Positions 37,030-46,056 of a stretch of DNA of 64,000 nucleotides are shown here, one piece after another. Location: positions 146,952 to 210,951 of the forward strand of contig DATDRP010000001.1 of NCBI GenBank assembly GCA_035291665.1, written 5' to 3'. Position numbers and translations under genes: made by a program. Under the pieces are notes generated by a model, which saw nothing but the letters and a program-made list of their open reading frames with translations, ran no database searches and had not been told where the DNA came from. Each line of letters starts with the position of its first letter. The stretch's first letter is position 1. Source of the stretch: Patescibacteria group bacterium (lineage in GTDB: Bacteria > Patescibacteriota > Microgenomatia > UBA8517).

Positions 37030-37674
37030 CTATCCTGCTGATCTTGTTACGTAATGTTCGCCGGAAAGCAAAAACTTTGCTCCGTGTTTTTTGTATGAGC
37101 TCCAATAATTTTTCTTTTGTGCCCTTTTATTAACTGAAAAGAGCCAATTGGTGGACTCCTGAATGTTCTTTCTGAATGAAATGATAAAACTCAAAAGTTT
37201 TTCAAAAAATACAACGTGATAAATTCCAGGTTCAATTGGTGCTTGCATCGATGCAATTTCAACTTGGGTACCGAGACCTGATGTGGTTTTTGCCAATAAT
37301 ATTACCTCATCAGTAATTGCTTTCAGCTGCATTCGAAGTTCGTTTGTCTTTTTTTGAATCATCAATGATTCTTCCTGATGAAGTCGTCTTTCAAAAGTTA
37401 TTTGTTTTTGTAATTTATCTCTTTCTTCTTTTTGGGCTTTGGCAATGGGATTGAACTCCAATGATTCACCCGGATGCAGTTCGCCGGAATAATTTGGTGC
37501 ACTTTGCGGACCGAATAATTGATCCATAAAATCACCCGGCATCTTGTCAAAAAGGTCTTGTTTGATCGATTTTGCTGTTGATGTGCCCACGTCTTTTAGG
37601 GATTCCAAAACATTCGGTTGATTTTGACTTTTTTGGCCTTTCCCCGATTTGCTCTTAGGATTGTTGTTAGGCAT
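37030..37674 (-). CDS. conserved hypothetical protein (DUF5660-like)
   Basis: Coiled coil, PGIYH..FFEKL, YW..YKKHGAKFLLSGEH; family name recalled, not searched. Confidence 0.55.
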   Translation of the reverse strand: MPNNNPKSKSGKGQKSQNQPNVLESLKDVGTSTAKSIKQDLFDKMPGDFMDQLFGPQSAPNYSGELHPGESLEFNPIAKAQKEERDKLQKQITFERRLHQEESLMIQKKTNELRMQLKAITDEVILLAKTTSGLGTQVEIASMQAPIEPGIYHVVFFEKLLSFIISFRKNIQESTNWLFSVNKRAQKKNYWSSYKKHGAKFLLSGEHYVTRSAG

Positions 37675-37754
37675 ATAATTATCCTATAATAACTTCAACG
37701 GTGATGATATTCTACCAAAAAATTATATATTTTACAACCGGACCTAAGTACAAA

Positions 37755-38666
37755 TTATACTAATGAAGTCAGGAAATCAAGCGCTTTTCTTCTTTGCAGT
37801 ATGACTCTGATCACAGATCTTTGTTCGGGAGTTTCTCCACTATTTTTCAGATTGGGGTCTGAATGGCTTGCCTTGATTGCCTCGTCTATGTCTTTATCAT
37901 CAACATTTAATGATTCATTTTTAGCTATTTTTTCCAGTATAAGTTCGAGTCTTATAGCTTTCTCGGATTGATCTTTATAATCACTTCGTATTGATTGTGC
38001 GGTTTTTCCGATTGAATTGAGGTATGAATCTAGTGTTAGACCCAATTTTTCGGTCTGTTCAAGAAGCTTTGATAATCTTGTGTTTACTTCTTCATCAATA
38101 AGAACGGTTGGGACAATAAAATTTATTGTTTTAAGTAAAATATTTATAACTTTTTGTTCTTTTTCCTGACGGGAAAGCCCTTTATCGTCAACGTCCTTAT
38201 TTTTTCCGGGAGTCCATATTTTACCTGAAGCGAGTTCGGTTTTAATGGGATCCTTATAGTTCCCCAATTCAAATTCCGTTATTTGACAAGTTGTCGCACG
38301 GATTTGCCACGTTTCATTTTGTTGTGCGTTAATGAGTTCGAATTTAGGAAAAACAGCCGGTCGGATTTTTTCTGACATAATGACTTCGTTAAACATTTGA
38401 GGCAATAGTCCCGAAAGCGTCTGTTGAATTAATTTATCCCTGGATACCGCCGATTCAATTTTATCAAGCGGGGCTTTTCCTTTTCTGAATCCGGCGATTT
38501 CAAGATCTTTACCCAATTCATGAAGAGCTTTTGTTTTATTTTCTTCAACCGTCTTCCAGGGTATATTGAATGTAATTTGAATCGTTCCGTCATCCTGTTT
38601 GGCTACAATCGGTTTAAAATCCTGATTTACGGACTTTTTCTGATTTTTTATGTTTGTTTTTGCCAT
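37755..38666 (-). CDS. tig: trigger factor lacking the PPIase domain
   Basis: GFRKGKAP ribosome-binding motif joined directly to the C-terminal domain. Confidence 0.88.
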   Translation of the reverse strand: MAKTNIKNQKKSVNQDFKPIVAKQDDGTIQITFNIPWKTVEENKTKALHELGKDLEIAGFRKGKAPLDKIESAVSRDKLIQQTLSGLLPQMFNEVIMSEKIRPAVFPKFELINAQQNETWQIRATTCQITEFELGNYKDPIKTELASGKIWTPGKNKDVDDKGLSRQEKEQKVINILLKTINFIVPTVLIDEEVNTRLSKLLEQTEKLGLTLDSYLNSIGKTAQSIRSDYKDQSEKAIRLELILEKIAKNESLNVDDKDIDEAIKASHSDPNLKNSGETPEQRSVIRVILQRRKALDFLTSLV

Positions 38667-38691
38667 AAATTATTACTATATACCGCGCTAT

Positions 38692-38803
38692 AACAGATTT
38701 CAAGAAAACTACGTTCAGTTTACATAAACGTAGATGAATTGAATTCTGATATGTCATCCTCCTTTCGAGGAAACCCCGCTCGCAAGAGTGGGGAGGATGT
38801 CAT
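38692..38803 (+). mobile_element. miniature IS200/IS605-end-like element, copy 2
   Basis: TTCAAGAAAAC-hairpin-GATGAATTGAA..GATATGTCATCCTCC..GGAAAC-hairpin-GAGGATGTCAT. Confidence 0.75.
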
Positions 38804-38837
38804 TATACATAAATAAAGTCTGATTTGATACAAACAG

Positions 38838-39005
38838 CTATCCTTTATGCTGTGTTCTGAAGACTCCCGTTGCCGGTTTAAGATTTTTTGCGCTATACGA
38901 CGGGTTTTGAGAACCAAAGCGGCTGAATTGCTGCTTCGGCAAAGGTTGATACGAATTCAACTTTTTTACGGGATCTGAGGATGATTTTTGAGATTGGGTT
39001 ACCAT
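38838..39005 (-). CDS. small hypothetical protein (55 aa)
   Basis: MVTQSQKSS...GVFRTQHKG, starting 6 nt after the holin-family gene stop. Confidence 0.5.
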   Translation of the reverse strand: MVTQSQKSSSDPVKKLNSYQPLPKQQFSRFGSQNPSYSAKNLKPATGVFRTQHKG

Positions 39006-39011
39006 AAAATG

Positions 39012-39350
39012 TTATCCTTTTGAGAGTTTGGAAAGAAAAGTTGAAACCAATGTCAAAACTATAGAAGAAATGACAGCCGTTAGGAAATTGTTGATAGTAA
39101 AACCTGGAACAATATAGGCTACTACCCAGAGCAAGGCAACATTTATCAAAAAAGCTGTAATTCCGAGAGTTACGATTGATAAAGGCAGTAAAAGTATTTG
39201 GATAATAGGACGGATAAATGTATTAACTACACCTATCACGATAGCGGTAACTATTGCTGCCCAAATTGTATCGAAGAGAAATCCGGGAATAAGATACGAA
39301 ACAATCAATAAAGTAAAAACATTGATAATAATTTTCATTAGTAATTTCAT
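39012..39350 (-). CDS. phage holin family (YvlD-like) 4-TM membrane protein
   Basis: N.FIRPII..L.LP...TLG...F.IN; true start 39350 (the track extension is mobile-element sequence). Confidence 0.85.
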   Translation of the reverse strand: MKLLMKIIINVFTLLIVSYLIPGFLFDTIWAAIVTAIVIGVVNTFIRPIIQILLLPLSIVTLGITAFLINVALLWVVAYIVPGFTINNFLTAVISSIVLTLVSTFLSKLSKG

Positions 39351-39456
39351 AGCAATTTCAAGGAAACCGTGGGCTTTCAGCCAACGGAGGAATTGAATTT
39401 GATATGTCATCCTCCCTCACGGGAAACCACGGACTATGGTCTGTGGAGGATGTCAT
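39351..39456 (+). mobile_element. miniature IS200/IS605-end-like element, copy 3
   Basis: Same conserved blocks with different hairpin sequences; follows TCAT and ends in TCAT. Confidence 0.75.
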
Positions 39457-39515
39457 GATTTTATTATAATAGAAAGGTGTAAGTTTTTAAACTAATGTAT
39501 ATAAATCAGGCTGAA

Positions 39516-40550
39516 TTACTGTTTATTTGCGTTGAAAAATTCCAGCGATCTTTCTGCGACTGTATTCCAGGATGGACGCATGTCATGGTCTGATCCCGGA
39601 TATTTATGGTAATCAACTTCTTTTTCAATTTTCTTAAGTTTTTTTGAAAAAGTATCACTCCAGGCAACAGGGACCGCATCATCTGCCGTTCCCTGATGGA
39701 GCTGGATTTTAGCCTGGATCCGATCAAGATATTTGTCGAGTGAGAATTTATCTGAATCATTCATAGTTTCGAATTTAGATAGTTCAGACCGAATAAGTTT
39801 TCCTCCGTCGGGTGATTCATCTGTGTAATAAAGAACAGAATACGGGAAAGGTTTTGTGACAGGAGCCCACAATACGGTTGGATAGGCTTTTTGCGAGGCT
39901 TCGAGGGCGGTTATAGCAATTTGTCCACCGTTTGAATGTCCCCAGATGAAAATATTTTTACCGTCCCAACTGTCAATCTGACCCTCCTCAATACTTTTTA
40001 AAAGTGAAAGGATTGTGATATATGATTGAAAACGCGATTCAAAAATATTTGAAGATTCGGAATCAGAGTTTGCGTATCCCAAGAAATCCGGTGCAATGGT
40101 TATGAAACCATTGTTGGCAAGGAATGTACCGAAATTATAACTACCCATGCCTGTTTTATATATATTTTGATCAACGTATCCTCGGATCAAAATAACAATC
40201 GGATATTTATTTACTTCATAGTCTGAAGGAAGATTTAGTAGCCCGGAAGTCGTTTTATATTCCCCATCCTTTGCGGGTGAAAACGTAAATTTGAATACAT
40301 ATGGTAGAAACTTTTCTTCAGGGGGCAGTTTATCTGCAATTGAAAAATGGGCTCGTTTCAAATTCTCGTTTAATTTTTCAATTTCATATTTCTCAAAAAT
40401 ATTTTCAGGAGTTACATTTACACTTTTTTTTATTAAGCCTTCTATTTGTGAGGGATTTTTTCTGGAACCAAAATGATAACCAAAAAGAAATATCAATAAA
40501 ATAAATCCGGCCATCAATATCGAAATTAATAATTTATTCACAATTCGCAT
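39516..40550 (-). CDS. alpha/beta hydrolase (S9-like), membrane anchored
   Basis: GHSNGG, QGTADDAVP, H in PGSDHD. Confidence 0.85.
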   Translation of the reverse strand: MRIVNKLLISILMAGFILLIFLFGYHFGSRKNPSQIEGLIKKSVNVTPENIFEKYEIEKLNENLKRAHFSIADKLPPEEKFLPYVFKFTFSPAKDGEYKTTSGLLNLPSDYEVNKYPIVILIRGYVDQNIYKTGMGSYNFGTFLANNGFITIAPDFLGYANSDSESSNIFESRFQSYITILSLLKSIEEGQIDSWDGKNIFIWGHSNGGQIAITALEASQKAYPTVLWAPVTKPFPYSVLYYTDESPDGGKLIRSELSKFETMNDSDKFSLDKYLDRIQAKIQLHQGTADDAVPVAWSDTFSKKLKKIEKEVDYHKYPGSDHDMRPSWNTVAERSLEFFNANKQ

Positions 40551-40658
40551 CCTTATTTTAGAACAAAGTTCAAATTACTTCACGAATATCCGGATATCTT
40601 CAAAACTAAGTATAGTAACATTAGAAAAATTTAATTAAAATTGTGGAAAGGTTTTATC

Positions 40659-41222
40659 ATGAAAAAAATTTTAGTATTAACTTTTCTTGCTTTGTTGGTT
40701 TTTGTTATATATTACTTCTTTTTCAGAAATTCTCAGGATTTTGAAGTAAATGTGGGAAATCAGATATTTCCTGTAAGCGAATTTGTATATACCAAAGATA
40801 ATGAAAAAATTCAGCAAATATTATTAACCAATCTGCCGACAAAAATCATTACGACAGACAGAGGAAAAGTATTTTGTTCAACAAAAGTTTTTGATTCTCT
40901 TTATGATAAAAAAACCGATTTAATAAATACCTATATTTGGGCTTATTGTAACGAATTCTTCCTTAACGATACCGATATTATGAAAGGATATTCATACAAC
41001 AACCCGGCTCTGGTAAAGTTATCGCACAATGGCGATGCATATGACATTGCTGAAGTAATTAGAATTGATAACGGCTCTGATCGTAATTTATGGATTATTG
41101 AAAATTTTCCGAAACAACTTTCCGAAAACTTTAGTTTTGATTTCGACTTCAAGAGCTTGAATCCGAGTCCTGAAATTCAGGCTAATAATTATTATAAAGG
41201 TATACTTGAAGCTTATTTTTGA
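40659..41222 (+). CDS. hypothetical membrane-anchored protein
   Basis: N-terminal TM, ATG 40659. Confidence 0.6.
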   Translation: MKKILVLTFLALLVFVIYYFFFRNSQDFEVNVGNQIFPVSEFVYTKDNEKIQQILLTNLPTKIITTDRGKVFCSTKVFDSLYDKKTDLINTYIWAYCNEFFLNDTDIMKGYSYNNPALVKLSHNGDAYDIAEVIRIDNGSDRNLWIIENFPKQLSENFSFDFDFKSLNPSPEIQANNYYKGILEAYF

Positions 41223-41482
41223 ACCTTTTTACTTTTATCACTTAATAATTTTGTAACCTTTTTCAATTTATCGGAGCTTAAGATTTTAGCGTCCCTGATT
41301 TTTTCTATAATTTCGTCGAGTTCCTTTTTACCGAGTTTTTCAAGACTTTTTACTTTTTTGCTGAGTGCTCTCCTGGTCTTTTTGTTGGATAGCGCAACAC
41401 CTACTCCGACAGCAGCTGCTGAAACCAAAGCTGCAGAAATAGCTTTTTTACCTATTTTAAGTTTTTTCTTTTTTTGAGGCAT
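41213..41482 (-). CDS. YtxH-like hypothetical protein
   Basis: AAAVGVGVALS.K.TR..L pattern. Confidence 0.5.
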   Translation of the reverse strand: MPQKKKKLKIGKKAISAALVSAAAVGVGVALSNKKTRRALSKKVKSLEKLGKKELDEIIEKIRDAKILSSDKLKKVTKLLSDKSKKVQK

Positions 41483-41729
41483 CTTTCTCACCCCCCTCTT
41501 CGGCAGATATAAAATTTTTCAGTTTCGTAAAAAATTCTTCAAGAACGTCCAATATTTTAAGTTTAATTTCTTCTTTATCTTTAGATAATAAATCTAATTG
41601 TATATCGATTTTTATTAATAATTTTTTAAGGATAAGGACTGATTGGGTGAGAACAATGATGAAAATAATCATAAAAATTATTACCATCGAAACCCCCAAC
41701 ACTAATAAAATTAATAAAACGTCGTTCAT
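41457..41729 (-). CDS. hypothetical TM plus coiled-coil protein (DUF948-like)
   Basis: Long hydrophobic N-terminus; paired with the YtxH-like gene. Confidence 0.5.
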   Translation of the reverse strand: MNDVLLILLVLGVSMVIIFMIIFIIVLTQSVLILKKLLIKIDIQLDLLSKDKEEIKLKILDVLEEFFTKLKNFISAEEGGEKDASKKEKT

Positions 41730-41810
41730 AAAAGGTTATCTATCGCCCCGATTAAATTAGGAAGGCAATAATCGAGCATAATTAAACTGGGCAAAAAATT
41801 AATAATAATG

Positions 41811-43205
41811 TTATAAGTTTTTTATCAATGTAAAAAGACTAAAGCCTCCGTATAAAAATATACCTCCTAAAATCATAGCACGTCTAAAAGTTGTTGGCCT
41901 GATTGCATACGGTAGTGATTTTGTATTCAATATGTAAAGCATCACGGAATAGAAAAACATTGTTATAGCATTAAGAACCGCTCCGGTAATCACCAGTTTC
42001 AATGGTTCATTAAATCCCAAAAGCATGATTACTATTCCGGCAAGGATCTGAAACCATAAAAATAAATAGAAATATTTTGATAATTTATTAACGCTGAATT
42101 TTTTCGGAGATGCGAGGACAAGATTTTCCGACATAATTCTTGCAGTAGACGCAAACACGGAAAATTGTGTCCCAAATAGCATCAAAGCTGCAACAAGTAC
42201 AAATGCAGTTCCAACAAATAAAGTCGTTTTTTCAGATATAAAGGAAGATTCACGCAATAAAAAATTAATACCGTTTTCGATACCAGGTGCTTTATAGGCT
42301 GTTGAGTAAGCCAATAGTGAGAGCATGAGCATTGTTAAAAGTCCGGTTCCCCAAAAGACTACAAGATGTTCGAGATTTATTCTTTTCCACCAGAGTCTGA
42401 ATAATTTTAGATTTTCGATACTTTGTCGGAAAAGAGATCCGGTTAAGCTTAATTTTTCAGTCTTTTTGGAAAATAAAGCCGTAATTTTCCCCGAATATTT
42501 TCCCATACCATAACCTTTTTCCTTAACGTAATAAGATTGGGCTAAGTTTAGATTGCCTCCGGCTCCGGCATATGCAAGGGCGCCTAAAAAAGTTGCCATC
42601 ACAATCCCTTCAGGTAGAAAAATAAATCCCTCGCCGATCCCAAAAATACCTTTCCCTAAAGACAGCCAATCAGTTGGTTTTGCCAATATAAATGTCAGAA
42701 GCAAAACAAACGGTATACCGATAAAAATTATTGATTTTTGAAATTTCTCCTGAGTTTTATAAAGGTATGATCCCGAACTTAAGATTGCACCGATTAATAT
42801 AAGCAATATTATCGGGAACGTAATATTATATTTAAGTCCGAATGCGGCTGTAAAAAGCTTTGCCGATGTAGCAATAATTCCCGGCCAAATCCATGGGAGA
42901 AACGTTGATAATAAAAACCAATATGATGATAGTTTCCCGAACTTTCTCCGAAGACCTGTAAAAATGCTTTCACCGGTTGCCAGGGTATATCTTTCTATTT
43001 CCATATTCAGAAAAAATTGCATTGTAATTCCGAGAACTGCTCCCCATATTATGCCCAAACCATAATTTGAAGAAAGGTATGGCCACAAAATAAGCTCCCC
43101 GCTCCCTAATCCCAATCCCAAAAGAATAAAGCTCGGGCCGACTAATTTTGAAAACGGCAGCGGTTTGGGCAAATCGTGTTCGGAGATCTTCAAATCCTTA
43201 TCCAT
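41811..43205 (-). CDS. Nramp-like / APC-superfamily transporter
   Basis: GP......GLGSGELILWP, EIERYTLATGES, about 11 TM. Confidence 0.8.
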   Translation of the reverse strand: MDKDLKISEHDLPKPLPFSKLVGPSFILLGLGLGSGELILWPYLSSNYGLGIIWGAVLGITMQFFLNMEIERYTLATGESIFTGLRRKFGKLSSYWFLLSTFLPWIWPGIIATSAKLFTAAFGLKYNITFPIILLILIGAILSSGSYLYKTQEKFQKSIIFIGIPFVLLLTFILAKPTDWLSLGKGIFGIGEGFIFLPEGIVMATFLGALAYAGAGGNLNLAQSYYVKEKGYGMGKYSGKITALFSKKTEKLSLTGSLFRQSIENLKLFRLWWKRINLEHLVVFWGTGLLTMLMLSLLAYSTAYKAPGIENGINFLLRESSFISEKTTLFVGTAFVLVAALMLFGTQFSVFASTARIMSENLVLASPKKFSVNKLSKYFYLFLWFQILAGIVIMLLGFNEPLKLVITGAVLNAITMFFYSVMLYILNTKSLPYAIRPTTFRRAMILGGIFLYGGFSLFTLIKNL

Positions 43206-43287
43206 GAGTAGTTAATATTAGTATATTATTTTGTACTTTTGAAGTAAGTCAAAAAAAGCTTGCAGAGGAGATATAAAAAAACCTAAA

Positions 43288-43938
43288 TTATCTCGAAAAG
43301 ATTATTTGATGCTTGAATCCTGTATTTTGTTTTTCCTGAACTCCAACACCCTTACTCAAAATGTAATAATTACGCTTTTCGTTGGATGCCTGATACAAAG
43401 GTTTAAATTTAGTGCTTCCGATTATTGACAAAAACGTATCCGGATCAAAATGGCTGATATACATTTGGATATTTTCAACAAAAGAAACAACTTGGTCTTT
43501 TGCTCCCATCGGATGGCTAAGAAGAAGTTTACCTCCGTCGTTAAGAGAATTATGAAATAAATCCAAGAGGTTTTTATGATATTCTCTTTGGATATTTTCT
43601 ATACTGTGAAGGCAAACTATTCCGTCGTATTTTTGGTTGTTTTTAAGAATTTCGAGGATGTTGCCTTCCAAAAATAAGGTTGACGGGTAAATTCTTCTGG
43701 CGATTTCCAGTTGGTTTTTCGAAATATCGACTCCTGTTACATTATGGTTTTTATTCAAAAAATATGAAATTACTGGCTGTCCTGTTCCACATCCTGCATC
43801 AAGAATATGGGAATTTCTGCCGAGAAGTTTTTCAAATTTACTAAGATATTCTATTTCTTCAGATAAATCACGATGGCCAAAATTTCTTTTTGCATATTCA
43901 TCCCAACCGATTCTTACCAAGTTTGCCTTATCATACAT
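43288..43938 (-). CDS. class I SAM-dependent methyltransferase
   Basis: ILDAGCGTG, GVDIS. Confidence 0.88.
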   Translation of the reverse strand: MYDKANLVRIGWDEYAKRNFGHRDLSEEIEYLSKFEKLLGRNSHILDAGCGTGQPVISYFLNKNHNVTGVDISKNQLEIARRIYPSTLFLEGNILEILKNNQKYDGIVCLHSIENIQREYHKNLLDLFHNSLNDGGKLLLSHPMGAKDQVVSFVENIQMYISHFDPDTFLSIIGSTKFKPLYQASNEKRNYYILSKGVGVQEKQNTGFKHQIIFSR

Positions 43939-44014
43939 ATTATAGGTTATTATAAACCATTCGGATGTTTATTCAAAGTAAAAGAGTCATGACTCTGGAA
44001 TTAAAAGATCCAAC

Positions 44015-44150
44015 TTGACTTCGGGTAATATTCGGGATAGAGTGAAATAGATTGGAAGAGTGTAAGAGTAGAAGAGTGTAAGCAAAACTTAAGACAAATG
44101 TCAAAAGAAATCTCAACTTTTACTCTCCCCGCTCTTATACTCTTTTACTC
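44015..44150 (+). promoter_or_regulatory. promoter with putative LexA direct-repeat box and octamer-repeat hairpin leader
   Basis: TTGACT-17-TAGAGT containing TTCGG-N6-TTCGG (44020..44035); GAGTRNAA repeats and their complements downstream. Confidence 0.7.
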
Positions 44151-44159
44151 TAATTTGCC

Positions 44160-44420
44160 ATGCTTGATAAAATTTCTCTTCCCGTATCAGTCAGCCTTAT
44201 TTTTGACAGTACCAAGCGCAGTGTCTATCCGAAGTCTCTTGTCTGGAACGGACGAAAGTACCCAATTTTGAAGATTGGCCTGCATCATACATATCGAACC
44301 GGAAAGGTCCTTTTCCATGTGTTTAGTGTAGCCAGCGACACGCTTTTCTTCCGGTTGGTGCTTAACACAGAAACACTGCACTGGCGGCTTGAAGAAATTG
44401 CGGACAGCTTTACCGATTAA
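44160..44420 (+). CDS. small conserved protein (DUF6504-like), probably SOS-associated
   Basis: P....W.GR.Y.I..I...H...F.L.......W.L pattern; shares promoter type with dinB. Confidence 0.6.
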   Translation: MLDKISLPVSVSLIFDSTKRSVYPKSLVWNGRKYPILKIGLHHTYRTGKVLFHVFSVASDTLFFRLVLNTETLHWRLEEIADSFTD

Positions 44421-44427
44421 ATGCATT

Positions 44428-44508
44428 TTAATACCCGACCTGCATTCTGATTAAAGCTACAATGGCGGCGAATAGGACTATCACTAAAACGAAATATATT
44501 TTGTTCAT
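44428..44508 (-). CDS. possible 26-aa membrane peptide
   Basis: MNKIYFVLVIVLFAAIVALIRMQVGY with TAAAAT upstream. Confidence 0.35.
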   Translation of the reverse strand: MNKIYFVLVIVLFAAIVALIRMQVGY

Positions 44509-44589
44509 CTGAAATAATTTTACAACACAAATCAAGTGTTTATTTTAAAATAGCTATTTATCTATATCTTAGGAGTCTTATGGTTTGAA

Positions 44590-44781
44590 TTAATTCGGAA
44601 TTTTACGCTGATTGAAGTTGCTAATTTTTAATTCATGCTGAATTCTTGCATTCGTACCCGGTTTATCTTTCTGATTCTGCGATAATAGACCTGATGGTTT
44701 TATTCTTATCGTGGATATTCTGAACGGTAATCGGGTTTTTTTCTGCGAAGCTGAAAATTCATATTTCATTTCTGGTGCCAT
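44590..44781 (-). CDS. hypothetical protein
   Basis: 63-aa intergenic ORF. Confidence 0.35.
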   Translation of the reverse strand: MAPEMKYEFSASQKKTRLPFRISTIRIKPSGLLSQNQKDKPGTNARIQHELKISNFNQRKIPN

Positions 44782-44913
44782 AGTGAAATTACATCAATTG
44801 TTAAGATCGGTTTCAACTCTTGAAAAGTAAACAATATGTAGGTTAGGATGTAAAGTTGGCGGGAGGGTTATAACAGTTTCGAGAAAACCGCGTCTTTTAA
44901 GATAGGGAGGATA

Positions 44914-45705
44914 TCATAGCGTATAAGTATTAATTAGTTTTTTTTCAGTTTCTTTGGCTACAACAGCCTTAACTTCAACAAATTTTTCTATCCTTGATTT
45001 TTTAAGTTTGCTTTTTAAGAGTTCATCTATTTGAAATATTCCGGCAGAATTATTAAGCGTGATGAAAATCTGGATAATTTTTTTTGATCCTTTTTTTATT
45101 TCCACTTTATCAATAGCTGCAGCAGAAATAGCATAAATATCTTTCTCGCCTTTTTCATATGGTATTCGGGATCTGCCTTCGCTCATATCCAGGGCGTCTG
45201 CAACCCGGACTATTCCAGCTTCAATTGTATTGGGAATACCGTTTTTACGATGACTGATGATTGCATGTAAGACTTCTGACGAAATGATGACCCTTTCCCT
45301 TGTTGGTAAAAAGGTGAGAATTTCATGAAGCAAATTGTTTGACAGAAATAAACTATACTCCTCATGACCTTCGCGGTTTATGCTCATTCCAAGATCGTGC
45401 ATGATACTTGTCAAAAAAACGACCAGCTCCGCATGGTGATAAGACAATCCGAAATCTTTTACAATGCTCATTTCTACGTTTGCTTCAGATAGCATTCTGG
45501 ACAACCTTAAAGCAATATTGGAAACAATCTGGAAGTGAACAGGACCGTGATCGCTCATCCCCAACCTGTCAATCGCGTTGACATTAATAACGTCCCAAAG
45601 TGCATATATCTCATCATTTTGATTGATTTTCTCCAAACACATCTCAAGGAGTTTGTTTCCTTTTGTCGGAACATGTATTTTGACTGTACCTTTTTTATTT
45701 TTCAT
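44914..45705 (-). CDS. HD-domain phosphohydrolase
   Basis: DHGPVH, HDLG, ISH, ADALD. Confidence 0.9.
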   Translation of the reverse strand: MKNKKGTVKIHVPTKGNKLLEMCLEKINQNDEIYALWDVINVNAIDRLGMSDHGPVHFQIVSNIALRLSRMLSEANVEMSIVKDFGLSYHHAELVVFLTSIMHDLGMSINREGHEEYSLFLSNNLLHEILTFLPTRERVIISSEVLHAIISHRKNGIPNTIEAGIVRVADALDMSEGRSRIPYEKGEKDIYAISAAAIDKVEIKKGSKKIIQIFITLNNSAGIFQIDELLKSKLKKSRIEKFVEVKAVVAKETEKKLINTYTL

Positions 45706-45824
45706 CTAAAGAATTTTCTTGGATTTTTCTGTTCGGATTTATGCCTTCCATAGAATACGTTTGAGGCGAATGGTATTTTAGCATTTTGGTAGTAATTGCG
45801 CCATAAAAAAGGAAATTTAGCTAT

Positions 45825-45932
45825 AGCAGCGTTCAAGAGAACCCCGGACTTCCAGTCCGGGGGTGAATTGAACTCTGATATGTCATCCTCCTCTAAAGGA
45901 AACTCCGTCTTTTAAGGCGGAGAGGATGTCAT
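45825..45932 (+). mobile_element. miniature IS200/IS605-end-like element, copy 4
   Basis: TTCAAGAGAACCCCGGAC..GTCCGGGGGTGAATTGAA...GGAAACTCCGTCTTTTAAGGCGGAGAGGATGTCAT. Confidence 0.8.
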
Positions 45933-46046
45933 TGATATTCGGGTAATTTATGGGTAGAGTGAAAGAGTAAAAGAACAGGAGAGTATAAGAGTGTAAGTAT
46001 TTTTTAAACTTAAGCTTTTCTACTCTTACACTCTTCTACTCTTATA
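45932..46046 (+). promoter_or_regulatory. dinB promoter with putative LexA box and octamer-repeat hairpin leader
   Basis: TTGATA-17-TAGAGT with TTCGG-N6-TATGG; near copy of the 44015 promoter. Confidence 0.7.
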
Positions 46047-46056
46047 TTTTAGGTTT

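Noticed and set aside
21798-38666. Missing domains in PheT, ThrS and trigger factor as pseudogenisation
   Set aside because: Frames and catalytic motifs are intact; consistent with streamlined versions in reduced genomes.
39012-39350. Prophage suggested by the holin-family gene and HNH nuclease
   Set aside because: No structural, terminase or integrase genes; this membrane family is common on chromosomes.
39351-39410. N-terminal extension of the holin-family ORF, and ORF 38720..38917
   Set aside because: Both derive from miniature-element sequence.
41740-41782. Possible riboswitch hairpin between the Nramp-like gene and 41457..41729
   Set aside because: A single short stem (CGATTA/TAATCG) with no match to an aptamer consensus I recognise.
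9784-45932. CRISPR array or hammerhead ribozyme explanation for the four dispersed repeats
   Set aside because: Copies are dispersed, with no repeat-spacer periodicity and no cas genes. CTGATAT...GGAAAC does not give the CUGANGA/GAAA hammerhead core geometry.
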